From Monocercomonoides exilis PA203 (Eukaryota; Protista; Preaxostyla): a stretch of 64,000 nucleotides of DNA. Below the pieces are notes generated by a model that worked only from the letters and a program-made list of their open reading frames with translations, was not told the origin of the DNA and searched no databases. Of this stretch, positions 39,401 through 48,400 are shown in pieces (positions within the stretch are counted from its first letter, which is position 1; each line of letters opens with the position of its first letter). The DNA lies in the NCBI GenBank assembly GCA_001643675.2, contig LSRY02000062.1:1-64000 (forward strand). The letters run 5' to 3'. Made by a program: the position numbers and the translations under genes.

Positions 39401-41375
39401 TGTTGATGTTGCTAAGAGTTCTGTGATGCTGAAAGATACAACAATCTTGAATTCACCAGAGGGTGGAATAACAATGAGTGGAGGAAATGTGTTTATTGAA
39501 GCTGGGAATTTCTCAAATAACAATCCATCGATTGAGGGATATCCATCATTGAGAAGGAATATCATCTGTTCAGATTCTGGAACATTGAATGTGCTGAGTT
39601 TGAAAGGAGGAGATGGATTGGAGAGAAATACATCGCTTTGGATGTTGAATGAAGGGTGCAGTTTTGAAGGGATTGCTTCTGAAAGGGATTCATCATTCTT
39701 CATTCCTGTTCTGGAGAGTGTGGAAGCAAAAGAAGAGGCAAATAGAATGAAGCTGATATTTAAAGGAATGCTTCTTATTCCATGCAATTTGTCATTTTCA
39801 GTTGTGAAGAGGAAGGGAGAGGAGAAAGAGATTGAACATTATGATTTTGATTCAAATGGGTTTTTGTCAGAGAAAGAAGCAGAAGGAAGTGCGGCAAAAG
39901 ATCTTATCAGCAGTTGTGGAAATGATGCTGAGGTGAGTGTGCATATTTTATTTGGGAATGCAGAATCTCCATCATCAACTGATTCATTCGTCCTGAAGAA
40001 TGCAAGCAAAACAAAACAAAAAGATGAAGGAAGAATTGTTGAAGGAGGGATAGAAGGAAAATCCTATTGGTTATTAATTGTCATTGTGCTTGTTATAATA
40101 TTGTTTATTGTTCTGATTGGTTTTATTTTGTTTGTTGTTCGGTGGAAAAAGGTGAAGAACGAAGCGAAAGATTTGAGAGAGATTGTTGATGATAACATCA
40201 GAAAGGATCCGAAGGCTTTTGAGATGGTGACGATGGAGATGTCGCCTGAAGAGCAGTGGAGGAGAGCAGAGAGAGAGGCAGAGAAGAAGAATGAAGAGAG
40301 GATCAAGAAGAGAATGAATGGAAAGGAGATGGTGCATTCGGAGTCTGAAGAGTATCTTTTGAGCGAGAGTGGTTCAACTGAATACATCTTGGGAAAGGAC
40401 TCAGACAAGATCCCAGATTGGGCATTGGAAAAGGTTGAAGAAGAGGAAATTAGAAAACAGACTCCATCACCATCCACCTCAACCACTTCAACAACTGATT
40501 CAGATTCCACATTTGTTCGAGGGGAGGATCTGTGCCCAACCACTTCATCTATGTCTAATCTGGTGGATGCAATGGCCTGTTCGTCTCCTCATGAGAAATT
40601 GATTGTGGATCTGAGGGATTCGCTGTTCATGCTGCTTCATGGGAGGAATGAGAAGAAAGAGATGGCGATTGGAAGTCTTCAACAAAGAGAGCAGACAGCT
40701 GCCCAGATCCTGTTCTGGGTGGCCAATCTTGCACTTCACTCCTTTGATGAGATGGAAAACGGATTATCTTCACTGGCCAATCTGAGTCCTCACATTGTTC
40801 TTTTCTCAGAACACATGGTGATCTGCATTGCCCTCCACTCCGACTGCTCATCAGACTCAGACACTTCATCATCGATCTCATCAACAACAGTTGTGACATC
40901 TGCAAGTGATGATGATGATGACTCTCTGCCTTCATCAGCTTTTGAGGATGAGGATGATTCCAGGAAGGAGTGCTTGAGGTGGAAGGCGCCAGAGTTGTTG
41001 ATCAACAAAAACATGGGAGCAACGAAGGAGTCGGTGGCATTCTCGATTGGGATGATGCTGTGGGAGTGCTTGACGCTGGAGATCCCGTTTGGGGAGTATG
41101 AGGCAGAGGTGGCGGGGCAGAAGATTGTGAATGGGGAGAGACCGAGGAAGGATGTGAAGAGCACGGGAAGTCTGAGCACAGTGGTTGGCCAGTGCCTTTC
41201 AGCAGTTCCGGAACAACGGCCCACGCTGGCTGGGCTGAAGCGAGAGTTTATCCAGCGGTTTCCGGCAGGAGGTTTAGTCATGACTGTGTCGGATGCTGTG
41301 GATGTTGAGGAAGACACAAACGGAACAAACAATGGGAGTGGGAATGGGAGTTGGAGCTTGATGAGCGAGAGATGA
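33483..41375 (+). CDS. 2630-aa type I membrane protein (4 Cys/beta-helix-like modules, TM, TK/TKL-like pseudokinase)
   Basis: Intact intronless ORF; likely signal from M at 33531. Repeated GGGI / F..N.A..G.D.FV motifs. CG....(P/A)C module starts near 35155, 36186, 37333 and 38489. TM at ~40068-40139. Kinase C-lobe-like tail. Confidence 0.9.
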   Translation: MVFILLNREKTAKKEPMLKTIINLPIFLLMKQFCNSEDSLVSCKIVSPVEEIRFKSYSRQIPNDACFQKCQTFTNSPIFTNKDNCNCPKQQINNFIISSLHIENSTIQNRNLYFGIYKYRSCIANLILSNASLISCGILLSPSPKELFDLQKSSIFILNFSCFSPIGFVQSSFFFLSDNLSSLCISESNICNKAVYGCNCLLRSGSGRCEELNNCVFRNISDVCKVNSNISFTSCVEQCTMESCSIFSSTNALEGLIVSGTQLSNTFIALNNTYRCNVRIDNEYTLKSHIDTKENQDYICCEWIECNASCGGGIFIHDSQAVKLTVYNCSFSKCNATLTRGGGIYASNIGLCDVNSTKFEGCYCVASNDEGGAGANLEGIESQILVSNCLFENGWSGNDGGGLDIWKSNASIQEKCISYCKFKNCSSHNPVNGVGGGIENWHPSQKMILTECLFENCSSICGGGGASLYVNDNNKGLLLYFCFFHNNSAVCGCDIILYNSSQNNIDSSCFSTRTTANRVSKDYKKLDDVSYWINCNGGSERYVSCPREQNKAGDTFFCGLGIEHPCLTISHCLSQMIVGSVEEIKVLSGTVVEGKGVDIGEKTITVNGASPAGSSIETKFEGNGLSLFCVETGELTVSDLSVVYNTSYENNRRCRLFEVEVSGLMDVKRVNISMDAAHSEERSIQNSLVKLEGGELKMQDVRWGITFSITSVISLSQGSSASLSLDNCIFSNIVKTAAGSSLISASEGLHSTTLDGCTIDGCGSEESEFGGGMMIEMGNVGSFTMNGGVVKNCYASATQGRGGGIGLKVKDTNADFLISSTFEGNRAKFGSDIFVDSIDLESTATSGKIASLTPSFDTKSKMQGYENGDESFPIPLVVYLWNNFSAPAFVGGGLLSHDFSKCGFEEFPCSSISKAVSIHFEGKKKDVALLEPFVFEEELGLTSNEWSITSKENEMKCDVSDLIQGTQSGLIEISVGASVSGIVFSLKKSLIFHESVFECHSGKLILNGCGMEGGAESISTVFVKAVGGVVEVIKFGTKNMKIGDSSIFVVEGNGESVPLMNITHSDFGEIIFNDGCVVEYHEGVIEEMSGCTFSSITRSKGSGGCISIVNNEDDDDDGRDIKVDINDCTFEGCAITGKEGTEIGGGALFCEASSKTNLLINLCSFYCCRAPYEEGSVGYGGGIMLKILKEEEAGFVISSPTFSSGKPNSAKYGKDLFISSQSLAKSIKNETLPFVKDRLEVLTENSMRGYDGENRECAIPLIYFWKSIGSSVYIAEEGNNVIVCGPLEYPCASVDYGLKRGSNLGIGSITVQGLCDVRSEMSVIGMNGLKLEGINMESDKIKFVQTLEVNGDTVVECKGIVQFNELGILIPSAFDNGANILIQTGSEAVKTSIVSCSIHMSDNVIGELTFGLISASKGIVSIEKTKIAGLISMHEIMRISADCVTAMKNVTFEDISLDGKSAIAMSENTIASSEKNDAEEVWNILFEQCIFANVKHSATINPSSLCCDVSNDVRLKMENSTIDGCGSASSNEGGGMFFLLNERGKLEMNHTNVVKCFCSNNGRGGGIFLKSQSALQKALPFVLSNITFKENVALKGRDVFVKCTDLGTQISESQFLINFGEPFVKELAIWGCTSDNYGDEEDLLGRVYVFRSEFIFVSSIVGNSSNSKNCGEMKSACSSLNVGVSHVIPSDYSQLYIWNETTLTGSCSAQKVTIKSMESNRNAEIKVNEIDFADEGAVTTSESVRLEKISFVFGGMQNVVCSCLIRQLNGFLILESVSFHSESRTTANSQLPSDASLIVVEDGVFEADASSVYSLGFTKPVFNILGSERSSFDDLRVDDVQCKSSVIKCGKSEKVSVSRLTATNIALQSESLILFENSYSSMFISLVLSSFTNVSRLSSGSCIVCATNGMSVFEMCNCSFHECTSKLKKGSQVETASVEKILIESCVFKGSIEERNENNLNQEEEICRWNGSVVDVAKSSVMLKDTTILNSPEGGITMSGGNVFIEAGNFSNNNPSIEGYPSLRRNIICSDSGTLNVLSLKGGDGLERNTSLWMLNEGCSFEGIASERDSSFFIPVLESVEAKEEANRMKLIFKGMLLIPCNLSFSVVKRKGEEKEIEHYDFDSNGFLSEKEAEGSAAKDLISSCGNDAEVSVHILFGNAESPSSTDSFVLKNASKTKQKDEGRIVEGGIEGKSYWLLIVIVLVIILFIVLIGFILFVVRWKKVKNEAKDLREIVDDNIRKDPKAFEMVTMEMSPEEQWRRAEREAEKKNEERIKKRMNGKEMVHSESEEYLLSESGSTEYILGKDSDKIPDWALEKVEEEEIRKQTPSPSTSTTSTTDSDSTFVRGEDLCPTTSSMSNLVDAMACSSPHEKLIVDLRDSLFMLLHGRNEKKEMAIGSLQQREQTAAQILFWVANLALHSFDEMENGLSSLANLSPHIVLFSEHMVICIALHSDCSSDSDTSSSISSTTVVTSASDDDDDSLPSSAFEDEDDSRKECLRWKAPELLINKNMGATKESVAFSIGMMLWECLTLEIPFGEYEAEVAGQKIVNGERPRKDVKSTGSLSTVVGQCLSAVPEQRPTLAGLKREFIQRFPAGGLVMTVSDAVDVEEDTNGTNNGSGNGSWSLMSER

Positions 41376-42127
41376 AAAGTGTTTGAGGGGTTGGTGTTTG
41401 TGTTTGTGGAGCTTGTGAAGATACCATTTGGGATTGGATGGGAAGAGAAGAAAACAGAAGCATTTGAGCTTTGAATGTTTTTTGTTTGTTTTTGTGGGGT
41501 ATTGGCTCTTTCATTGAGAGAGTCAGATGCCTTTCACCTGTTTTTGGTTGTTGGGTGTGTTGCAATGGGTAAAGATGGAAAGCTTCTGTTTTCCCTTCTG
41601 TTTTCTTTTTATCTTTTTATTTCACTTTTTGTTTTTTGTTTTGAAAGGAGTTGTCATTTCAAACAGTTTCAACAATTTGGAGATGTGGGGAGTAAGGCAT
41701 TGAATTTGTTCGTTTGGGCCACAGCTAGTACACAACAACATTCCGATAAAAGCATTGGCATCTTTTCACAATTCTGAACAATCAAAACAAAAAACGAAAG
41801 AGTTTTGATGAAACAATGATTTCAAAGAACTTTATTTTTTCCCATGCCTTCTTGTCTGCTTTTTGTGCTCATGGTTATTCTCCACATTTGACGTGAGAAT
41901 GAAAATTGAAGCGACAGGAGAGGTTGAACAGACAAAGGTTAAGAAAAGAGAGGAGGTCTGTTCCCATCTGCAAATAATTTTTGGTGAACCTTTTGGTCAT
42001 TTTCTCAATAAATGCACAGAGAAGTGGGCCAATCATCTACCACCACCAATAATAAGAGAATGAGAAAGAAAAGAAAGTGAATGTTTGCTAAATAGAGTGT
42101 ACAGCGTGTTGTGGGTGCAGCCAATGC
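40206..42127 (+). repeat. Right arm of the 1.9-kb inverted repeat (copy of 4553-6473)
   Basis: Ends ...GTGGGTGCAGCCAATGC at 42127, the reverse complement of GCATTGGCTGCACCCAC at 4553. Confidence 0.95.
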
Positions 42128-42161
42128 TTTTTAGAATGAAATAAGAAAATTCGAATAAATT

Positions 42162-43176
42162 ATAGGGCTATAATTTTATCTTGACCTTTTTTCTTTATCT
42201 AGACCTTTTTCTTTTTTGCCATGCTTTTAGCTTTACACAAGCCTGCGATAAATAAAAAATAACCAGAAATGTTTGAAATGTTTTATTTTCCTTATTCTGT
42301 ATTTTTTTTTCAATATTTCATGTTTCACAAAAACATCGAGGATAATAATAATTTTATGTTTTGATCATTGACTTGCTGCTTTTCCAGTGAATAGTTATTA
42401 TCAGAAGTTTTAAGCTTTCATATCATAATATATCGTTTCTATTTTATAAGTTAAACTTGTTTAAAACTTTCTCAACTTGTTTTTTTCACATTTTTCTCAT
42501 TTCATACACTTTTTCAAAAAACATGATTTCAGAGACATGCATCCATTTGTTTTAATATTTAATGAAATGAAATAAAAACAAATTTGAAATGAAATGATAT
42601 CTCAAAGAAAAAACATCAAAATATTTGTATATGACGAACAATTTTCAGATCAAAATTTTTATATGTTCTGCCATTTCGCTTCAAATTCTTGTTCAATTCT
42701 TTTTCATTTCAAAATTAAACAAAAACATACAATAAATAACACCTTGTTTTTAGTTTTTATGTTCTTAAAAATTTACACAAATTCATATTTGTTCCGAAAA
42801 TCGTGTTTTAAGCAAAAACAGTGAAATGAGAAAAAAAGGTTAAAAATTTCATTGAAAAAGTCAAAAACAAGTAAAAATAATAATATAGGAGTGAAGAATT
42901 GTGATGCTGTGGCTAAAAACGTTCATTATGAAATATTCGCGTCACAGCCAGCAAGTCTTTGATCTGGGTCCTAAAATAATAAAAATTTTGAATATTTTTT
43001 TGAACATAAAAATTTCAAATTTTTTTTCAAAAGAATTCTGAAAAACAAAAATATCAAGAAGTCTATTTATTTTGTTTTTGTTATTAGCCTTTTCACAAAT
43101 CAAAAAAGCAAAAATAAGTTTCAAAAAAACAGGGTTGAGATAAAATTTTGAGGTCAAGATAAAATATAAACCCTAT
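42162..43176 (+). mobile_element. 1015-bp non-autonomous TIR element (MITE-like), copy 1
   Basis: Termini ATAGGGCTATAATTTTATCTTGACCT ... AGGTCAAGATAAAATATAAACCCTAT form ~26-bp imperfect TIRs. AT-rich, non-coding interior. An identical copy lies at 43296-44310. Confidence 0.85.
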
Positions 43177-43295
43177 CTCTTTTTTGTATATGGGTTGAAT
43201 GTGAGAGTTTGAGAGAGGATTACTTCATGAGGTTCATTAAGTGCATCATTAAACAGTTCTTTGATAAACTGTTGAAAATGATTTATTTTTCTTTA

Positions 43296-44310
43296 ATAGG
43301 GTTTATATTTTATCTTGACCTCAAAATTTTATCTCAACCCTGTTTTTTTGAAACTTATTTTTGCTTTTTTGATTTGTGAAAAGGCTAATAACAAAAACAA
43401 AATAAATAGACTTCTTGATATTTTTGTTTTTCAGAATTCTTTTGAAAAAAAATTTGAAATTTTTATGTTCAAAAAAATATTCAAAATTTTTATTATTTTA
43501 GGACCCAGATCAAAGACTTGCTGGCTGTGACGCGAATATTTCATAATGAACGTTTTTAGCCACAGCATCACAATTCTTCACTCCTATATTATTATTTTTA
43601 CTTGTTTTTGACTTTTTCAATGAAATTTTTAACCTTTTTTTCTCATTTCACTGTTTTTGCTTAAAACACGATTTTCGGAACAAATATGAATTTGTGTAAA
43701 TTTTTAAGAACATAAAAACTAAAAACAAGGTGTTATTTATTGTATGTTTTTGTTTAATTTTGAAATGAAAAAGAATTGAACAAGAATTTGAAGCGAAATG
43801 GCAGAACATATAAAAATTTTGATCTGAAAATTGTTCGTCATATACAAATATTTTGATGTTTTTTCTTTGAGATATCATTTCATTTCAAATTTGTTTTTAT
43901 TTCATTTCATTAAATATTAAAACAAATGGATGCATGTCTCTGAAATCATGTTTTTTGAAAAAGTGTATGAAATGAGAAAAATGTGAAAAAAACAAGTTGA
44001 GAAAGTTTTAAACAAGTTTAACTTATAAAATAGAAACGATATATTATGATATGAAAGCTTAAAACTTCTGATAATAACTATTCACTGGAAAAGCAGCAAG
44101 TCAATGATCAAAACATAAAATTATTATTATCCTCGATGTTTTTGTGAAACATGAAATATTGAAAAAAAAATACAGAATAAGGAAAATAAAACATTTCAAA
44201 CATTTCTGGTTATTTTTTATTTATCGCAGGCTTGTGTAAAGCTAAAAGCATGGCAAAAAAGAAAAAGGTCTAGATAAAGAAAAAAGGTCAAGATAAAATT
44301 ATAGCCCTAT
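43296..44310 (-). mobile_element. 1015-bp non-autonomous TIR element (MITE-like), copy 2, inverted
   Basis: Reverse complement of 42162-43176: coordinate pairs sum to 86472, and mirror ORFs are 42594-42824 / 43648-43878. A 119-bp spacer lies at 43177-43295. Confidence 0.85.
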
Positions 44311-44935
44311 GTTTGTGATGTTAACATTAATCAACAACAGCAAGATGATGAAACGAACTCTCTTTTTTAATAACATAAATTTTGAAAATATTCATGTTTG
44401 AATCATCCATTCATAAACATCTTGTTGGTTTGAAAAAAAGTGAGAAATAGAAAAATTGTCTTTGCGATACGGGTTTTTTATCAAAACTGAAACGATTTGG
44501 AATGATAAGTGTGATAAAAAAGAATGCTTTAAGTTTTCAAAGGGAAATGCTCTTGGAAAAAAGATTTAGATAAATTATCATATCGTTTATGATTCAACAA
44601 TCATCAATCATAAGTTTGTTCAAATGTGTACTTATAAATGAATGATTATCAACAATAATTCATCATGGTTATTTTTACGTTTGATTGATGACTTTGAACA
44701 TTTTCATTGGAAAAAGAAATCTAAAGAAAAAAAATAACTATTTTGAGAAATAAAAATCAATTTCTATTTTCTAAATGGAGAAAAATAAAGAGGGAAATAA
44801 ATATATACTTTTTTAAAAAAAGGACGAAATACAAAGGCGAACAAGAAGATTGTCCAAGTTCATGTCTAATAAAAAAAGAATATATATAGATACATAAAGT
44901 TTGGTGAACATGTATTCGTACATGTATACAAAACT

Positions 44936-45385
44936 CTATTCCAACATTTTTTCCATATCAATAACAGGAAGATGATATTCATAATACTGTTCTCCGTATA
45001 TTTTATATCCAAGCTTTTCATAAAATCCAACTGCCGTCAATTCAGCTGCAAGCGTTGCTCGCTTTCGTCCAAGTTTTCTGATTTGATCCTCCAAATTCTG
45101 AAGAAGAATTCTTCCAACCCCTTTACCTCTGTATGGCTTTAAAACTGATACACGATCTATATGATATGTTATGCCATCTTTATTGGGAAAAATTCTAGCT
45201 GCTGCAACTGGCTCTTCATCATCAAATGCAATTGTCAAATGATATGAAATAGCGTCAAGATTATCAAATTCCTGAGGTTCTGTATATCCTTGCTCGTCAC
45301 AAAATACAGTCTTTCGAATGACTTTTGCTTTGTCAAAGGGATTTCCAGGCTCTATCCACGTTGCAACAACTTTTTTTTCACTCAT
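44936..45385 (-). CDS. GNAT-family N-acetyltransferase (YjcF/ElaA-like)
   Basis: 149 aa, intronless: IRKTVFCDEQG...EFD..D...H, HIDRVSVLKPYRGKGVGRILL (acetyl-CoA motif A), AVGFYEKLGY...GE.Y.E..LP.IDM.K. Confidence 0.9.
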   Translation of the reverse strand: MSEKKVVATWIEPGNPFDKAKVIRKTVFCDEQGYTEPQEFDNLDAISYHLTIAFDDEEPVAAARIFPNKDGITYHIDRVSVLKPYRGKGVGRILLQNLEDQIRKLGRKRATLAAELTAVGFYEKLGYKIYGEQYYEYHLPVIDMEKMLE

Positions 45386-45471
45386 CAGATCAGGTATTCC
45401 ACTTTTTTACTTTGACGTGCCATAAACTTATTCAATAATATTCATAATTGGTCTATTTGTCTACTTGGCAT

Positions 45472-48400
45472 ATGTCACTTCAAGATTGTTTGCTACTTGT
45501 ATTGAGCTGCTTTTTTATTTATATGTGTTATATTATTTTTATGTTAAATGTGCGTTGAGATGTGAACTTTGGAAAAATTGGAAAAGGCGTTTCTGGAGAT
45601 GTCATTAAAGTATTTCATATTCCCACTCAAACCTTCAGAATATGCAAACGAATTCCAACGTCATTTATCAATCATCCAGATCAAAGAAAAAAGGAAGTGC
45701 ATATTTTACAGAGAATGAAATCTCCATTCGTTGTTCAGTATTTGGAGCACTTTTATGATGAAAATTACACATACATCATAATGGAACATTGTCAGAATGG
45801 AGATTTGAGGCATTTATTGGAAGCTCATAAAAAGAAGCAATCATATTTTGAAGAAATAGTTTGCAGTTTTTTTCTTTTTTTAATTCTTTTGTGAAGCATG
45901 AATGATCAATAGGATGTGCTAAAATGCTTTGTTCATGCTCTTCTAGCGTTGGAATTCGTTCATCGAAATCAAGTTATTCATCGGGACGTTAAGCCTGAAA
46001 ATTTACTATTTTCAAAGGATTTTCTGAAACTTGGTACAGTTACTATTTAACAGTTGATAAATAAGCATGTTTATTTTAAAAATAGGTGATTTCGGATTTT
46101 CTATCCAACTTCAACAGCCAACAGATAAAGCAACCTCTCTTGTGGGTTCTCCGTTTGTAGTTGTATTTGTCTAATTCAATAAGTGTTTCTTTTTGAATAA
46201 AACATAATTTCAGATGGTACGACAGCCCTGAGAAGATATTAGGAAAACCGTTTGAAATTTTTGATTTGAGTGCTTCGTTATGTGATTATTATATTTTTTT
46301 ATTTTTTTGTTTGAAGTTATTCATCAAAAACAGATATTTGGTCTTTGGGTGTATTGATGTATGAAATGGTGAGCCTGCAGTACCCCTTTCCTGCGAACGT
46401 TCAGTTTGACATAATGGACAAGATTGTCACAAAGCCTGCCCCACCTTTTCCAGATGATTCGCTTCCTCAGCCAAGATATTCGCGTCGACTAAAAGATTTG
46501 ATATCCCTTATGTTGACAAAGGATCCTGCTCTTCGTCCGTCAGCTGCAGAATTATTATTCGATCCGTTTATTGTCAATGCAATCGCACAAATGAACATCA
46601 CGCAGCAAGCGCAGCTTGAGGCAATACGTCATTCGGCCTCATTTACTTCATTTCCTACGAAAACTTCCAGTGGAATTGCAGAGAATCTCAATGAAATGCA
46701 AAAAGGGTCTCTGGTGAAGACGCAAATGGGAGATTTCTCTCCCCCACTGCATGACAATGAAGCACAGCACTTGCAACTCGACGGCAATCAAAGGTCTCTT
46801 GCCAATGCTCCCCAGAAGCGCATCCTGCCAACTTCTGCGCCTGCTGCCCCAGAAAAAGCGCAGATGGCAGCACCAGCTGTATATCCAATGTTGCCTGTGG
46901 CAGACTCTGCAGCACTTTCAAATGCTGCCCAAGCAACTCCGTCTCCTGAGCTATCCAGCTCAATTGCCACACTCGAGCAGCCTTCTTCGTCAATTGGTTC
47001 ATTTCCTTCTCCTTCTTTTCTATCATCTTCAGCTTCCGTTTCACAGACAGATCAAGAATCTTCTTTTATCTCGCATGTTTTGCCAGCTTCGCCTTACTGC
47101 TTTTCTGAACGCTCTTCATCCATACCAGCGTCTCCATACAGCAGCATCATTGCGCAAACACATGAGCAGCTTATTACAGGGTCACACGATTCATCAACTA
47201 TTTCATTGGCATCGTCTTATGCATCTTCTTCTGCAAACGATCTAATGTCACAGACATATGCAAGCTCTTCTCGAACAACTGCGCTTTTGAGCCCATCGTT
47301 TGAAGAGACGAATTCTTCGCAATCGAGTTTTGATTCTGTTGTTCAAATGCAAAGTGCTAAGGAATCACCAGTTGCAGAGAGAAAGAGAGAAGCCATGAAT
47401 GAAGAGTGTGTACTCTTTTATTGATAGGCCAAGTGTTTATTCAGAGATATTTTGTTTTATTCTCATTGAATTATTCATTTACTTTCTTTGTGTGGTTCAC
47501 TTTTAGGCAACTTGCATACAATCCGATCTTTCAGGCATCGACCATCTATGCGCAATGCCTCGATGCTGCTTCTGTTCTCTTCACCTCAAAGACAGCTATG
47601 CGAATGTCGCCTATTTCGAATGATCCGACAATGATTCACGTTGATCAAAGCATAAAAGAGCAGCTTGAACAAGCAGAACTGAAAGGCAAAAGAGAATTGA
47701 AAGACAAAGAACATGCGGAAATGGAGAAGGGAGCGATGGACGGAGCAGCAGAATTGCATGAGGTTGAGGAAGACGACGACTTGTTTGAAACAGAAGTACT
47801 TTACGTCACACCCTCATTTCTTTCAGATGTTGAAATTCCACATGACATCTCAGATCATCCGCTTGTTGTCAAAGAACTCAGGTTGGATTTGGCTGAACGT
47901 CTTTTCATTTAATGAACTTGAATTGATTTTTTTATTCTTATTCTTGTTTTTTTATTATCTTCTTTTCTTTTAAAGTTCTGTTTTGAGAAGAGTGAACAAA
48001 AGTCGAGACAAAATCAGAATGGCTGAAGAGAACAAAGAAACTTGCCTCAATCTTTTATCTCATTTAACAAAACACGCACTTCAAAGTCCTCTCAGAGCAT
48101 TCAACATTATTTCACACAACTTTCTAAACATTTCAGTCAGGTTTATGCAGATTGGTGATAATAAGTCGCAAGAACATTTTAATGAAGATGATGATGAATC
48201 ATTTGTACATAAGCACGATGAGCAGAAAGAATGCACTCCTTCATTCGTATTTCCTGTTGAAGTCATTTCGAGTGTCTGCCATCTGATTGCAGTGATTGTG
48301 CATCATTCATCTGAGTTCACACAGTTCGTCCTGGCGACTCCGCAAATGCTGCAAAGCATACTGACAGCAATTGCAGTGATAATATCAAAAATTATCCGAA

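Noticed and set aside
4553-42127. A 37.6-kb giant transposon or Polinton with 1.9-kb terminal inverted repeats
   Set aside because: No target-site duplication at the outer ends, no integrase, polymerase or capsid genes inside, and the interior holds an ordinary spliced DOCK gene. The repeats are gene tails.
42594-43878. Four 71-76 aa ORFs in the foldback arms
   Set aside because: Low-complexity F/K/I/N translations of AT-rich DNA, duplicated only because the arms mirror each other. No transposase motifs.
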